50,446 nt of DNA from an uncultured Gammaproteobacteria bacterium (GTDB lineage Bacteria; Patescibacteriota; Microgenomatia; UBA8517), in contig CAYSZS010000005.1 of assembly GCA_964435575.1 (NCBI GenBank), positions 1-50,446 on the forward strand, written 5' to 3'. Shown here one piece after another: positions 22,701 to 32,794 of the stretch (position 1 is the first letter of the stretch; each line of letters opens with the position of its first letter). The notes under the pieces were generated by a model that searched no databases, was not told where the DNA came from, and worked only from the letters and a program-made list of their open reading frames with translations. Both the position numbers and the translations under genes were made by a program.

Positions 22701-23111
22701 ATGGAAGTAAGAGCAATACAGAAATTTATTTTGATATCTCCCAGGAAACTTAGGGAAATTGTCCCTTTGGTTACAAACTTGATACCCAAAGACGCAGTCG
22801 AAAGACTGCCTTTTATAGGTAAACACGCGGCCGAGCCTTTAAGAAAGGTTATTATTGCCGCCTTAGCTAACGCAAAACAGAAAGGGATTGACGAGAAAAG
22901 CCTTGTTTTTAAAGAAATTCAGATTAATGAGGGTCCCCGTCTAAAGCGTTTTCGTGCAGGAGCCAGGGGTCGTGCCAAACCATATAAAAGAAGAATGAGC
23001 CATATCCGAGTTGTCTTGACAACTCGAAATGATCAAATTCCAAATCCTAAAACACAAACAAATTCGAATGTTCAAAATCCAAAATTTAAAGCAAAAAAGA
23101 AAAATGTTTAA
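22701..23111 (+). CDS. rplV: 50S ribosomal protein L22
   Basis: Position in operon. ISPRKLREI...ANAKQKG...INEGPRLKRFRAGARGRA. Confidence 0.92.
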   Translation: MEVRAIQKFILISPRKLREIVPLVTNLIPKDAVERLPFIGKHAAEPLRKVIIAALANAKQKGIDEKSLVFKEIQINEGPRLKRFRAGARGRAKPYKRRMSHIRVVLTTRNDQIPNPKTQTNSNVQNPKFKAKKKNV

Positions 23112-23176
23112 AAAATTTAAATATAAATATAAATATTTAATATTGTTTAGAATTTCGAATTTCGAATTTAAGTAAA

Positions 23177-23833
23177 ATGGGACAAAAAGTTAACCCGGTT
23201 GGTTTTAGAGTAGGGACATTTAATCCCTGGAAGTCTCGTTGGTTTGCCGATGGCCTCAAATATAAAGAATACCTTTTTGAGGATATAAAAATAAGAAAGG
23301 CAGTGATGAATAAGTTAAGGCTGGCCGGCGTAACCAGCGTTGAGATAGAGAGATTGCCCAAAAGTATGGTAATAATCATGACAGTATCACGTCCCGGAGT
23401 TGTAATAGGAAGAGGGGGAACGGGCCTCGAAGAATTAAAAAAATTTATTCTTGACGTGATAGAAAAAACCAAAAGTGATAATGTAAAAGATCTCAAGATC
23501 GATCTCAGAGTGAATGAGGTTAAAAATCCTGAGCTCTCGGCTTATCTCGTGGCTTCACGGATCGCATCTGAGTTGGAAAGAAGAATTCCCCATAGGAGAG
23601 TTGTCTCAAAGACTATCGAGCGAGTAATGCAGTCCGGGGCACTCGGTATAAAGGTTGTTCTTTCGGGAAGAATTGCCGGGGCAGAAATATCAAGAACAGA
23701 AAAGTATCATGACGGGTCTGTTCCATCCCAGACATTAAGGGAGAATATTGACTATGCACAGGTTCCAGCTTTACTGAAAAGAGGTTACGTTGGGGTTAAA
23801 GTTTATATTCATAAAAAACCCGAGGAGGAATAA
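23177..23833 (+). CDS. rpsC: 30S ribosomal protein S3
   Basis: MGQKVNPVGFR, RPGVVIGRGG (KH), GRIAGAEISR. Confidence 0.95.
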   Translation: MGQKVNPVGFRVGTFNPWKSRWFADGLKYKEYLFEDIKIRKAVMNKLRLAGVTSVEIERLPKSMVIIMTVSRPGVVIGRGGTGLEELKKFILDVIEKTKSDNVKDLKIDLRVNEVKNPELSAYLVASRIASELERRIPHRRVVSKTIERVMQSGALGIKVVLSGRIAGAEISRTEKYHDGSVPSQTLRENIDYAQVPALLKRGYVGVKVYIHKKPEEE

Positions 23834-23946
23834 CTTTTTTAAATTACAAATTTGCGTAGCAAATTTGAGAGGAGTTGCCGGCTAATAGCTGAAAGTCACG
23901 GTCAGTTTATATGAACGTGACGGAAGCGAAAGCCGAGCAAGGACGA

Positions 23947-24366
23947 ATGTTAGAACCAAAAAGAAGAAAGTTTAGAAAAGAGTTCAGGGGCCGAAGGAGA
24001 GGTAAAGCTATTCGTGGTTCAATGCTATCGTACGGCGAATACGGCCTAAAAGCGCAAGAGGCAGGTTGGTTGTCGGCACGCCAGATAGAGGCGGGGAGGC
24101 GTACAATTACTCACAGCCTTAAAAAAGGTGGTCGGGTTTGGATAAGAGTCTTTCCCGATAAACCAGTAACATCAAGAGCTGCAGGCCAACGCATGGGGGG
24201 AGGAAAGGGCGATATAGATAGGTATGTTGCAGTCGTAACGCCCGGAAGGATCATATATGAGGTGACTGGTGTGAATCCGGTTGTAGCCAAAGACGCGTTT
24301 GCAAAAGCAGCCACAAAAATGCCTTTTAGAACGAGGTTTATCAATAAGGAGGAAAGAAAAAAATGA
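23947..24366 (+). CDS. rplP: 50S ribosomal protein L16
   Basis: MLEPKRRKFRKEFRGR..., RMGGGKG. ATG 23947 preferred over the track start at 23911. Confidence 0.92.
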   Translation: MLEPKRRKFRKEFRGRRRGKAIRGSMLSYGEYGLKAQEAGWLSARQIEAGRRTITHSLKKGGRVWIRVFPDKPVTSRAAGQRMGGGKGDIDRYVAVVTPGRIIYEVTGVNPVVAKDAFAKAATKMPFRTRFINKEERKK

Positions 24367-24578
24367 AAAAGAAAGAGATACAGGATTTAAGAGGAAAAAC
24401 GCAGGCCGAGTTGAAGAAGAAGGCTGAAGATAAAAGATTGGAATTAAGTAAGATTGTTGTTAACCTAAAAGCCTCAAAGGAAAAGAATTTGAAAAAGGCA
24501 AAAAACTTACGTCGCGAATTGGCACAAATATTAACAGTTTTGAGAGAAAAGGAAATACTGGAGCGAGACGAACTATGA
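24363..24578 (+). CDS. rpmC: 50S ribosomal protein L29
   Basis: 71 aa, helical and Lys-rich, between L16 and S17 with ATGA overlaps on both sides. Confidence 0.88.
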   Translation: MKKKEIQDLRGKTQAELKKKAEDKRLELSKIVVNLKASKEKNLKKAKNLRRELAQILTVLREKEILERDEL

Positions 24579-24928
24579 AAATATTTACGGGCAAAGTCAT
24601 ATCAAAAAAGATGGAAAAAACCGCAACCGTCGTGGTTGAGAGAATAGTGGTCCACCCTATTTATAGAAAGAGGTTCAAAAGGCTAAAGAAATATCACGTT
24701 CATGATGAAATAGGGGTCACCCTGGGACAAACCGTGAAGTTTGTTGCCAGCAGGCCTTACAGTAAGCTCAAGAGATGGAAAGTAGTAGAAGTAGTAGAAA
24801 TAGTTGGGAAAGAATCGGATAAAAAGAGCTTACCCCTTCGCAGTAAAAAGCCCGCAACTACAGGTTCCGCAGATTTAAAAAGGAGTGCACGGATTAAATC
24901 AGTGAAATCTGTTAAGAAATCCGTGTAA
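24575..24928 (+). CDS. rpsQ: 30S ribosomal protein S17 (Lys-rich C-terminal tail)
   Basis: GKVISKKMEKTATVVVER...HPIYRK...YHVHDE. Confidence 0.92.
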   Translation: MKIFTGKVISKKMEKTATVVVERIVVHPIYRKRFKRLKKYHVHDEIGVTLGQTVKFVASRPYSKLKRWKVVEVVEIVGKESDKKSLPLRSKKPATTGSADLKRSARIKSVKSVKKSV

Positions 24929-24937
24929 TCAGTGGAT

Positions 24938-25303
24938 ATGATACAGCTAAGAACAATATTAAGTCCTGCCGATAATTCCGGAGCCAAAAGATTGATGGTT
25001 ATTGGAATTACCCAGAAGATTGGAAAGACCGCGAGCATAGGTCAGGTTGTACGCTGCGTTGTGGTTGGCGCAGATCCTAATGGAGTGGTTAGTGATCACG
25101 AAAAAGTAAAAGTGCTAATCGTCAGAACCAAAAAAGAAGTAAGAAGAGTTGACGGAAGTTACATCAGATTTGACGATAATGCCGGGGTGGTAATCGATAA
25201 ACAAGGACTGCCTCTTGGAACTAGAGTTTTAGGTCCAATAGCCAGAGAGATCAAAGAAAGGGGATATACAAAAATTGCATCTTTAGCAAGGGAGGTAGTT
25301 TAA
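24938..25303 (+). CDS. rplN: 50S ribosomal protein L14
   Basis: MIQLRTILSPADNSGAKRL...; ATG 24938. Confidence 0.94.
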   Translation: MIQLRTILSPADNSGAKRLMVIGITQKIGKTASIGQVVRCVVVGADPNGVVSDHEKVKVLIVRTKKEVRRVDGSYIRFDDNAGVVIDKQGLPLGTRVLGPIAREIKERGYTKIASLAREVV

Positions 25304-25618
25304 ATGTTAAAGTTTAAAGTCGGAGACAAAGTGAAAATTACATCAGGTAAAGATAGGGCTCGGGAAGGCCAGATTGAAAGAATCGTTGCAATGGGTACGC
25401 GCGCTTTGGTACCGGGAATAAATATTTACAAAAAACACGTTAAAGGTGTTCCCGGTCAAAAAGGAGGGATATACGAGATACCACGACCAGTAGCTTTTTC
25501 GAACCTTGCGGTCGTTTGTCCGAAGTGCTCAAAGCCAACAAGAGTCGGGTTTAAAGTTACGGACGGTGGAAAAGTGAGAATTTGTAGGAAGTGTGGACGA
25601 GAAATGGATAAAAAATAA
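25304..25618 (+). CDS. rplX: 50S ribosomal protein L24
   Basis: KOW motif KVGDKVKITSGKDRAREG. C-terminal CPKC...CRKC zinc ribbon. Confidence 0.92.
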   Translation: MLKFKVGDKVKITSGKDRAREGQIERIVAMGTRALVPGINIYKKHVKGVPGQKGGIYEIPRPVAFSNLAVVCPKCSKPTRVGFKVTDGGKVRICRKCGREMDKK

Positions 25619-25643
25619 GACTAATAGGACTAATACGACTTAA

Positions 25644-26216
25644 ATGAATAGACTTAAGGAGAAATACGAAAAAGAGACAATGCCGGTTCTTGCTAAAGAG
25701 TTTGGCATCGACAATAAAATGGCCTTGCCTAAAATATCCAAGATTGTTGTTAACATGGGAATTGGAGATACACTGAAAAATAAAGAATTAGTGGAGGCTT
25801 CAGCAAAGGATTTGGCGGCAATTACTGGTCAAAAACCACAAAAAAGACTGGCCAAAGTATCGGTTGCCAGTTTCGGAATAAGACGGGGCATGTTAGTTGG
25901 TTTAAAGGTTACGCTAAGAAAAGATAAAATGTATGCTTTTTTGGACAAACTATTTTCGGTAAATTTACCCCGACTCAGAGATTTCCGCGGACTTTCAGTA
26001 AATGGTTTTGATACTCACGGTAACTATACCCTGGGTATATCTGAAGACAGCGTGTTTCCCGAGATAGACACTGCCAAGAGTCAGGTGAGGGGACTTGAAG
26101 TAACCATTGTAACAAATACAAGTGATAAAGATATATCAAAAAGATTGTTAGAGCTAATGGGCATGCCGTTTGAGAAAATTAGTGCAGAGAACAGAAAGCA
26201 TAGCACAAAGGAATAA
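25644..26216 (+). CDS. rplE: 50S ribosomal protein L5
   Basis: KIVVNMGIGD, ITGQKP, FDTHGNYTLGI. Confidence 0.94.
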   Translation: MNRLKEKYEKETMPVLAKEFGIDNKMALPKISKIVVNMGIGDTLKNKELVEASAKDLAAITGQKPQKRLAKVSVASFGIRRGMLVGLKVTLRKDKMYAFLDKLFSVNLPRLRDFRGLSVNGFDTHGNYTLGISEDSVFPEIDTAKSQVRGLEVTIVTNTSDKDISKRLLELMGMPFEKISAENRKHSTKE

Positions 26217-26292
26217 AAAATAATCTATGTGCTTTGTACTTTGCAATATGTAATGCGACCTGCCTGACGGTAGGCAGGCTGAAAGGATCTTT

Positions 26293-26478
26293 ATGGCTAA
26301 AACGTCAAAAGTTGTTAGAGAAACGAAAAAGCTTAAATATAAAATCCGTTATAGGAATCGATGCCGCCTTTGTGGAAGATCAAGAGGTTACCTCAGGCGT
26401 TTTGGTCTTTGTAGACTTTGTTTTAGAGAGCTTGCTCATAGGGGAGAAATACCTGGAGTAAGAAAGGCAAGCTGGTAG
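26293..26478 (+). CDS. rpsZ: 30S ribosomal protein S14 type Z (zinc-binding)
   Basis: 61 aa. CRLCGRSRG...[25 protein letters not shown]. Confidence 0.94.
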   Translation: MAKTSKVVRETKKLKYKIRYRNRCRLCGRSRGYLRRFGLCRLCFRELAHRGEIPGVRKASW

Positions 26479-26491
26479 AAAGGAATAAGAT

Positions 26492-26869
26492 ATGATTAAC
26501 TATCCAATTGGCGATTTTCTAACTCAAATAAAAAATGCGAGTCTTGCGGGCAAGAAGACCGTTGAAGTTCAAACCAGTAGTTTTATCAAGGCTACCGCAA
26601 GAGTACTTCAACAAGAAAATTATCTTGAAGACGTACGTGAGGAAGGCAAAAAACTAACACTTCGCATAAGTTATAGGAAAAAAGAGCCCATAATAACAGA
26701 CATCAGGCTAATTTCCAAGCCAGGATTAAGGATTTATATGGCAAGAGACGAAATTGAAAAAAGACACAGTCCGTCGATTTTGATAATATCTACGCCCAGG
26801 GGCGTGATGTCGTCTCGTGAAGCGATTAAAAAGGGGGTAGGGGGAGAAGTCATTGCAGAAATTCTCTAA
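26492..26869 (+). CDS. rpsH: 30S ribosomal protein S8
   Basis: PIGDFLTQIKNA, ISTPRGVMS. Confidence 0.93.
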   Translation: MINYPIGDFLTQIKNASLAGKKTVEVQTSSFIKATARVLQQENYLEDVREEGKKLTLRISYRKKEPIITDIRLISKPGLRIYMARDEIEKRHSPSILIISTPRGVMSSREAIKKGVGGEVIAEIL

Positions 26870-26875
26870 AAAAGT

Positions 26876-27427
26876 ATGAGTTTAATAGGAAAGTTACCAA
26901 TAAAAATTCCTGAAGGAGTTGGCGTCAATTTAGACAATAAGACTCTTATCGTAACAGGCTCAAAGGGTGAACTAAGAAAAGTAATACCAGAGAGGGTCCT
27001 TGTAGAAACAGACACAAAGGAGATTAAAGTTTCGGTTAAAGGTAAGAGTAAACAGGCTAAGGCGCTACACGGAACTATTCGGGCCTTAATCAACAATATG
27101 GTTAAGGGTGTTACGGATGGGTGGTCAAAGAATCTCGAGCTGGTCGGAACAGGATACCGGGCAGAAGTAACAGATAATACTTTGATCCTTTCGATAGGTT
27201 ATTCCCACCCCGTAAAAATAGAAGCACCAAGAGAAATTAGTTTCAGAGTAGAGAAGGGAGATATATTTATTGACGGCATAGATAAAGAGCTCGTTGGTCA
27301 AATTGCCGCAAAAATTCGAGCCATACGAGCTCCTGAACCTTATAAAGGAAAAGGAATTAAATATAAGGATGAAATTATAAGAAGGAAGGCAGGAAAAGCT
27401 GCAAAGACGGTCGGAGCACCGGCTTAG
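26876..27427 (+). CDS. rplF: 50S ribosomal protein L6
   Basis: [32 protein letters not shown]. Confidence 0.94.
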   Translation: MSLIGKLPIKIPEGVGVNLDNKTLIVTGSKGELRKVIPERVLVETDTKEIKVSVKGKSKQAKALHGTIRALINNMVKGVTDGWSKNLELVGTGYRAEVTDNTLILSIGYSHPVKIEAPREISFRVEKGDIFIDGIDKELVGQIAAKIRAIRAPEPYKGKGIKYKDEIIRRKAGKAAKTVGAPA

Positions 27428-27434
27428 ATGTAAA

Positions 27435-27800
27435 ATGAGCATGGAAGATAAGAATAAAAAACGTTTACGTCGTAAAAAAAGCACAAGAGCTAGGGTTTTT
27501 GGTACAAAGGTTCGACCAAGGCTATCTGTATATCGTTCGTCAAAACATATATATGCACAGATTATTGATGATACGAAAGGTAAGACGGCTGTTTCGGCGA
27601 GTGATTTGAAGATGGCCAGTAAAAAACACAAAACCGCGGATTCTAAAATAGATCTGGCCTATCAGGTAGGAGAACTTTTGGCCAAAAGAGCAATAAAGGC
27701 AAAAATTAAGAGAGTGGTATTTGATCGCGGGAGTAATAAATATCACGGAAGAGTTAAAAAGCTGGCCGAAGGTGCACGGGAAGGAGGTTTGGTTTTTTAA
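27435..27800 (+). CDS. rplR: 50S ribosomal protein L18
   Basis: [44 protein letters not shown]. Confidence 0.93.
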   Translation: MSMEDKNKKRLRRKKSTRARVFGTKVRPRLSVYRSSKHIYAQIIDDTKGKTAVSASDLKMASKKHKTADSKIDLAYQVGELLAKRAIKAKIKRVVFDRGSNKYHGRVKKLAEGAREGGLVF

Positions 27801-28282
27801 TGACAGAGTTTGGAAATATAACCAAGGAATTTGCAGAGACCGTTATCGATATAAGGAGGATTTCCAAGAAAACCAAAGGAGGAAATACTATCCGATTCTC
27901 GGCTTTGGTTGTCGTGGGAGATAAAAAGGGAAAAGTTGGTGTGGGGCTTTCAAAAGCCACCGCCGTATCCGCTGCTATTAAAAAGGCCATTAGTTCGGCA
28001 AAAAGAAAGATGTTTAAAATCCCTCTGCGCGGGACAACCATCCCCTACTCCATTAACGAAAAATTTTCTGCTGCCAAAGTTCTTCTAAAACCAGCCCCGC
28101 CAGGTTCCGGAATAATAGCCGGTGGACCAATAAGGGTTGTACTGGAAGCTGCGGGTGTTAGAGACGCTGTTGGGAAGATTTTGGGAACATCCAATAAAAT
28201 TTCAAATGTTTATGCAACACTTGAGGCTCTTAAAAAAATTGCAAAAATCGATAAAAGAAAGGAAGCTCTAAAATCAAAATGA
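27800..28282 (+). CDS. rpsE: 30S ribosomal protein S5
   Basis: IRRISKKTKGGNTIRFSALVVVGDKKGKVGVG. TAATG overlap with rplR. Confidence 0.94.
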   Translation: MTEFGNITKEFAETVIDIRRISKKTKGGNTIRFSALVVVGDKKGKVGVGLSKATAVSAAIKKAISSAKRKMFKIPLRGTTIPYSINEKFSAAKVLLKPAPPGSGIIAGGPIRVVLEAAGVRDAVGKILGTSNKISNVYATLEALKKIAKIDKRKEALKSK

Positions 28283-28731
28283 AAAAATTACCCAAAGTGG
28301 TTTCAAAAGGCAAGAAAAGATTGGGTCGCGGTTATGGCAGTGGTCGTGGTGGGCACACCGTTGGTCGAGGCCAAAAAGGTCAGAAAGCGAGAAGTTCAAT
28401 AGGGATTCTTTTTGAGGGGGTTAAAATGAAAAAATCTCTGATTAAAAGATTGCCCCTCAGGCGCGGGAAAGGAAAATTTAAAGCTAAGGATAAACCGATA
28501 ATTGTCAAAACGGCTTATCTTGACATTTTACCCAGCGGTAGCACCGTTGACCTTGAGCTTCTTGTTAGCCACGGCATAGTTGACAGGAGAGCTGCTCAAG
28601 ATTATGGAGTTAAAATATTAGGCGACGGAGAAGTTAAGAAAAAGTTGACGATTGCGGTTCCGATTTCAAAGTCCGCCGCAAAGATGATTGAAAAAGCAGG
28701 AGGTAGGGTAGTTCCTGAAAAGAGTAATTAG
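28279..28731 (+). CDS. rplO: 50S ribosomal protein L15
   Basis: GRGYGSGRGGHTVGRGQKGQKARS. Overlaps the rpsE stop, so there is no room for rpmD. Confidence 0.93.
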   Translation: MKKLPKVVSKGKKRLGRGYGSGRGGHTVGRGQKGQKARSSIGILFEGVKMKKSLIKRLPLRRGKGKFKAKDKPIIVKTAYLDILPSGSTVDLELLVSHGIVDRRAAQDYGVKILGDGEVKKKLTIAVPISKSAAKMIEKAGGRVVPEKSN

Positions 28732-28804
28732 ATTTTTTATTTCCGCAACAAACTTGTTGAGCCTAAAAGGCGAGAATACTCTGGCCTTTAGGCCAGAGTA
28801 GTTT

Positions 28805-30085
28805 ATGTTTTTAAAGATATTTCAATTTTTTTCTAAAGCTTCAAAGTCTCCTGATTTAAGGAGAAAATTTTTTATTACGGCCACCCTTTTGGCAATTTTT
28901 AGACTTGCTGCCCATATTCCTGCGGCGGGAATTGACAGGGGTTCTCTTCAAGCCTTTTTTTTGGGTAGTCCGCTTCTTTCTCTTCTTGACGTTTTTTCAG
29001 GGGGAACTTTGGCCAATTTTTCCATAATGGCCTTAGGGCTTACGCCTTATATTAACGCATCCATTATTATGCAGCTTTTAACCTATGTGATTCCGAGTCT
29101 TGAAGAATTGTCCAAGGAAGGGGAATTTGGTCAGGAAAAGATTAATCAGTACACGAGGTTTTTGACCGTTCCTCTGGCGGCTTTACAGGGGTTTGGGATG
29201 TACACTCTCTTACGAAGTCAGGGGGTTATTCCCTCGCTTACTCCTATTTTCTTGATTGCTTTGGTAGTAACAATGACGGCAGGGAGTATGCTGTCAGTTT
29301 GGTTGGGAGAACTGATCAACGAGTACGGTGTTGGTAACGGCATATCCTTTTTGATATTTGCCGGCATAATTGCAAGGCTTCCTGTTGTCTTTGGGCAATC
29401 TCTAGCCGTTGTTAGTTCGGCAGACGCGCTGAAATTATTTATTTTCCTTGCTCTTTCGGTTGTGATTGTCGGTCTTATAGTTTTTATGAATGAAGCGACC
29501 CGCCAGGTTCCGGTAAGCTATGCAAGGCGTGTGGGAAGAGTCGGCTTGACCTCCTCATACATTCCCTTGAGAGTAAATCAGGCGGGAGTAATTCCAATAA
29601 TTTTCGCAGTATCTCTGGTGCTTTTACCATCACTTGCTACCCAATTCTTGGCAGGAATTGGGAATCCCAAAATTTCTCTCTTGGCCAGCCAAATTTCTAA
29701 TCTTTTTAATCCCACCTCGTTTCTTTACAACTTAGTTTATTTCCTATTGGTGGTCGGTTTTACCTACTTTTATACGTCGGTTGTTTTTAATCCGGAGAGG
29801 ATTTCGGAGAATTTGCAAAAGTCCGGAGGATTTATTCCGGGAATTCGGCCCGGTACTCAAACATCAAAATATCTGTCCTCTGTCTTGAATAGGATAACAC
29901 TTGTTGGGGCGGTTTTTTTGGGTCTTATTGCAATTTTACCTTCCTTTTTTCAGAACATAATAGGGGTTGCAAATTTAGCCATCGGAGGAACGGGAATCTT
30001 GATTGTCGTTTCGGTAGTTTTGGAAGTAACTCGGGACCTTGAATCTCAACTTGTTATGAAGCGTTACGAAACATTTTTAAGATAG
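28805..30085 (+). CDS. secY: Preprotein translocase subunit SecY
   Basis: 10-TM protein. [39 protein letters not shown]. Confidence 0.95.
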   Translation: MFLKIFQFFSKASKSPDLRRKFFITATLLAIFRLAAHIPAAGIDRGSLQAFFLGSPLLSLLDVFSGGTLANFSIMALGLTPYINASIIMQLLTYVIPSLEELSKEGEFGQEKINQYTRFLTVPLAALQGFGMYTLLRSQGVIPSLTPIFLIALVVTMTAGSMLSVWLGELINEYGVGNGISFLIFAGIIARLPVVFGQSLAVVSSADALKLFIFLALSVVIVGLIVFMNEATRQVPVSYARRVGRVGLTSSYIPLRVNQAGVIPIIFAVSLVLLPSLATQFLAGIGNPKISLLASQISNLFNPTSFLYNLVYFLLVVGFTYFYTSVVFNPERISENLQKSGGFIPGIRPGTQTSKYLSSVLNRITLVGAVFLGLIAILPSFFQNIIGVANLAIGGTGILIVVSVVLEVTRDLESQLVMKRYETFLR

Positions 30086-30087
30086 AT

Positions 30088-30741
30088 ATGAATATTGTGG
30101 TTTTGGGTGCACCAGCATCTGGAAAGGGTACTCAAGCACAACTGCTTTCCGAAAAGTTTAAATTATTTCATTTTCAAACGGGAGAATTGTCAAGAAGTTT
30201 GGCAAAAAAAGACCCGAGAATCAAGAAGATTGTTGATTCTGGAAAGTTAATTCCTGAAGAGGAGATGACGATGTATGCTCTTGATTATCTTAAGGAGAAT
30301 AAACCCGACTTAAAAAACATATTATTTGAAGGATTCCCGAGATTTATTTCTCAATATGAAGCACTGGAGAAATTCCTGGAACTGAAGGGAGACGGTATAG
30401 ATGCGGTTATATCTTTGGATATTAGTGAGAGAGAAGCAGTAAGAAGACTTTCGGCAAGGAGAATTTGTGAGAATTGTGGTGAGATTTATAACCTTATCAC
30501 TACTCCTCCACCGGAAGAAGGCAAATGCGGCAATTGCGGTGGTAAATTGGTCCAAAGAGCAGACGATAAACCAGAATCAATAAAGGTTAGGTTTAGTTAT
30601 TACAAAGATAATACAGAGAAGCTGATTGATTATTTAGACCGGAAAAAAAAGTTAATAAGGATTGACGGTGAAAGGCCGATTGAAGTTATTTTTAAGGATA
30701 TTTTGCAAAAATTGAAAGTTAAAGATGCGAGAAAACACTAA
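30088..30741 (+). CDS. adk: Adenylate kinase (zinc-lid type)
   Basis: P-loop GAPASGKGTQ. Lid CENCGEIY...CGNCGGKLVQRADD. Confidence 0.94.
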   Translation: MNIVVLGAPASGKGTQAQLLSEKFKLFHFQTGELSRSLAKKDPRIKKIVDSGKLIPEEEMTMYALDYLKENKPDLKNILFEGFPRFISQYEALEKFLELKGDGIDAVISLDISEREAVRRLSARRICENCGEIYNLITTPPPEEGKCGNCGGKLVQRADDKPESIKVRFSYYKDNTEKLIDYLDRKKKLIRIDGERPIEVIFKDILQKLKVKDARKH

Positions 30742-31486
30742 AATACCTATTAAAACGCCGGATGAAATTGAGGTAATGAGAGAGGGCGGAAGAAAGCTTG
30801 TAAAGGTTAAAAAAGAACTTTTAGAGGCTGTAAAAGAAGGCGTGAGAGCAAGTGAGATTGATAACTTAGCCGATAAATTAATAGAAAAAGAAGGTGGAGA
30901 GGCATCTTTCAAAATGGTTTCTGGCTACTCTTGGGCAACTTGTGTAAACATAAACGAAGGAGTCGTACACGGAATACCAAAAAAAGAAATTGTTTTTAAA
31001 AGGAACGACGTCGTGAGTGTTGATGTGGGAATGTTTTACAAAGGATTTCATACAGATACGTCGTTTACTAAGGCTATAGGATCAAATCCCAATCTTGAGA
31101 GATTTTTGGGGTCAGGTAGGAGTGCTTTAGAAAAAGCAATTCAGGAGGCAAGAATTGGAAATCGAATCTACGATATATCCCAAGCTATTGAATCAACGAT
31201 GAGAAAAAATGGCTACTCCCCTATCCGAGCTCTCGTTGGTCATGGTGTTGGTCGAGCTTTACATGAGGAACCTCAAGTTCCCTGTTTTACAAATGGAAAT
31301 AGAGAAGAAAGTCCAGAAATTCCTCTGGGCGCAGTCTTTGCTGTCGAGGTAATGTACGCGATGGGGAGTCCTGATGTAAAGATTGCGTCAGATGGGTGGA
31401 CAATCTCAACCTCGGATGGTACAATATCAGGACTTTTTGAAGATACGGTAGTAGTTAGCCCAAAAGGTCCACTTGTAATAACTTAA
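30725..31486 (+). CDS. map: Type I methionine aminopeptidase
   Basis: VVHGIP, DVGMFYKGFHTD, GHGVGRALHEEP, TAVFAVE-like AVFAVE, EDTVVV. Confidence 0.93.
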   Translation: MRENTKIPIKTPDEIEVMREGGRKLVKVKKELLEAVKEGVRASEIDNLADKLIEKEGGEASFKMVSGYSWATCVNINEGVVHGIPKKEIVFKRNDVVSVDVGMFYKGFHTDTSFTKAIGSNPNLERFLGSGRSALEKAIQEARIGNRIYDISQAIESTMRKNGYSPIRALVGHGVGRALHEEPQVPCFTNGNREESPEIPLGAVFAVEVMYAMGSPDVKIASDGWTISTSDGTISGLFEDTVVVSPKGPLVIT

Positions 31487-31501
31487 TAAGAGTGAATAAG
31501 A

Positions 31502-31530
31502 AAGCTAATGGATTCATTAGCTTGTTTTTT
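31502..31530 (+). terminator. Intrinsic terminator after map
   Basis: AAGCTAATG-GATT-CATTAGCTT (9 bp perfect) followed by GTTTTTT. Confidence 0.75.
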
Positions 31531-31540
31531 GGTTCAAAGT

Positions 31541-31762
31541 ATGCAAAACAAGGATAGTTTGAAAATTGAGGGGGTAGTGACCGAATCTCTTCCAAATACA
31601 ATGTTTAGAGTTGAGCTTGATGACGGAAGAGTTATACTGGTTACCTTGAAAGGAACATTACGCAGGAGATACATAAGAATTTTTCCCGGAGATAAAGTTT
31701 TGGTTGAAATGACTAAATATGATAAGGAGAGAGGAAGGATTATTCAAAAATACAGGAAATAA
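31541..31762 (+). CDS. infA: Translation initiation factor IF-1
   Basis: MQNKDSLKIEGVVTESLPNTMFRVELDDG...; ATG 31541 preferred over the track start at 31508, which overlaps the terminator. Confidence 0.9.
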   Translation: MQNKDSLKIEGVVTESLPNTMFRVELDDGRVILVTLKGTLRRRYIRIFPGDKVLVEMTKYDKERGRIIQKYRK

Positions 31763-31788
31763 AATTGTTTTAAAGGCTTAAGCCGTGT

Positions 31789-31830
31789 AGGATAGAAAAC
31801 CTGTCCTGAGCGAGCGAAGCGAGTCGAAGG
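31789..31830 (+). promoter_or_regulatory. Conserved leader motif abutting the start codon (copy 3 of 3)
   Basis: Hairpin AGGATAG/CTGTCCT, then GAGCGAGCGAAGCGAGTCGAAGG directly before the rpmJ ATG. Confidence 0.65.
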
Positions 31831-31944
31831 ATGAAAGTTCAGTCGTCAGTCAAAAAAAGGTGCCGAGATTGCAAAATAGTAAAGCGTAAAGGCGTTTTAT
31901 ACGTGATTTGTAAAAATCCAAGGCACAAACAAAGACAGGGTTAA
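31831..31944 (+). CDS. rpmJ: 50S ribosomal protein L36
   Basis: Own translation: [40 protein letters not shown] (37 aa). Absent from the ORF track because of its size. Confidence 0.92.
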   Translation: MKVQSSVKKRCRDCKIVKRKGVLYVICKNPRHKQRQG

Positions 31945-31978
31945 CATATAAGTCGCATAGGACTTATAAGAATTATAT

Positions 31979-32383
31979 ATGGCAAGAATTGCTGGAGTTG
32001 AATTACAAGACAATTGGAAAGTCGGCTTTGCCCTTACAAAAATAAAGGGCATAGGTTGGCCGTTATCCAAAAAGACACTTACTAACCTTAAATTGGACGA
32101 TGGGAAGAGGGTTTCCGAGTTGACGTCTGACGAGATTTCGAAATTAGCAAGCGAGGTTGAAAAGTATCCTATTGAGGGAGAACTAATAAGACAAGTAAAG
32201 GGTAATGTTCAAAGGCTAAAAACGATTGGTTCTTACCGCGGCGTAAGGCACGTAAGGGGTTTACCAGTACGTGGGCAAAGGACAAGAAGTAACGCCCGTA
32301 CCAAAAGAGGAAAAAGAAAAACTGTTGGAGCATTCAAGAAAGAGGCTTTATCTAAATTAGACCAGAAAACTTCCGAGAAGTAA
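31979..32383 (+). CDS. rpsM: 30S ribosomal protein S13
   Basis: MARIAGVEL, YRGVRHVRGLPVRGQRTRSNART. Confidence 0.94.
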   Translation: MARIAGVELQDNWKVGFALTKIKGIGWPLSKKTLTNLKLDDGKRVSELTSDEISKLASEVEKYPIEGELIRQVKGNVQRLKTIGSYRGVRHVRGLPVRGQRTRSNARTKRGKRKTVGAFKKEALSKLDQKTSEK

Positions 32384-32390
32384 AAGTGAA

Positions 32391-32789
32391 ATGGTGGATC
32401 AAAAGAAAACAAAAAAGAGGGTAATCACACCGGTAGAAGACAAGGGCAGGGGTAGGATTTATGTTTCTGCCTCGTTCAATAACACCCTAGTCACCATGAC
32501 CGATGAGTATGGGAATACTTTAGTTTGGGGTTCTTCTGGAAATGTTGGTTTCAAAGGAACGAGAAAGTCAACTCCTTTTGCGGCAACGATGGTGATCGAT
32601 AAGGTTATAAAAAAAGCGAAAGAAGAACACAAAATTCAGGAAGTAGAAATTTATGTCAAAGGACCGGGATCGGGAAGAGACGCGGCTCTTCGGGCAATCA
32701 GGGCCGCGGGACTAAAAATTGCCATGATTGCCGACGTAACACCGATTCCTCACAACGGTCCAAGACCGAAGAAAAAAAGAAGAACATAG
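32391..32789 (+). CDS. rpsK: 30S ribosomal protein S11
   Basis: IYVSASFNNTLVTMTD, GFKGTRKSTPFAA, DVTPIPHNGPRPKKKRR. Confidence 0.94.
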   Translation: MVDQKKTKKRVITPVEDKGRGRIYVSASFNNTLVTMTDEYGNTLVWGSSGNVGFKGTRKSTPFAATMVIDKVIKKAKEEHKIQEVEIYVKGPGSGRDAALRAIRAAGLKIAMIADVTPIPHNGPRPKKKRRT

Positions 32790-32794
32790 GAAAT

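Noticed and set aside
26234-26461. 75-aa ORF overlapping rpsZ in another frame
   Set aside because: The S14 type Z reading frame has the complete CxxC...CxxC signature and canonical C-terminus. The overlapping frame has none.
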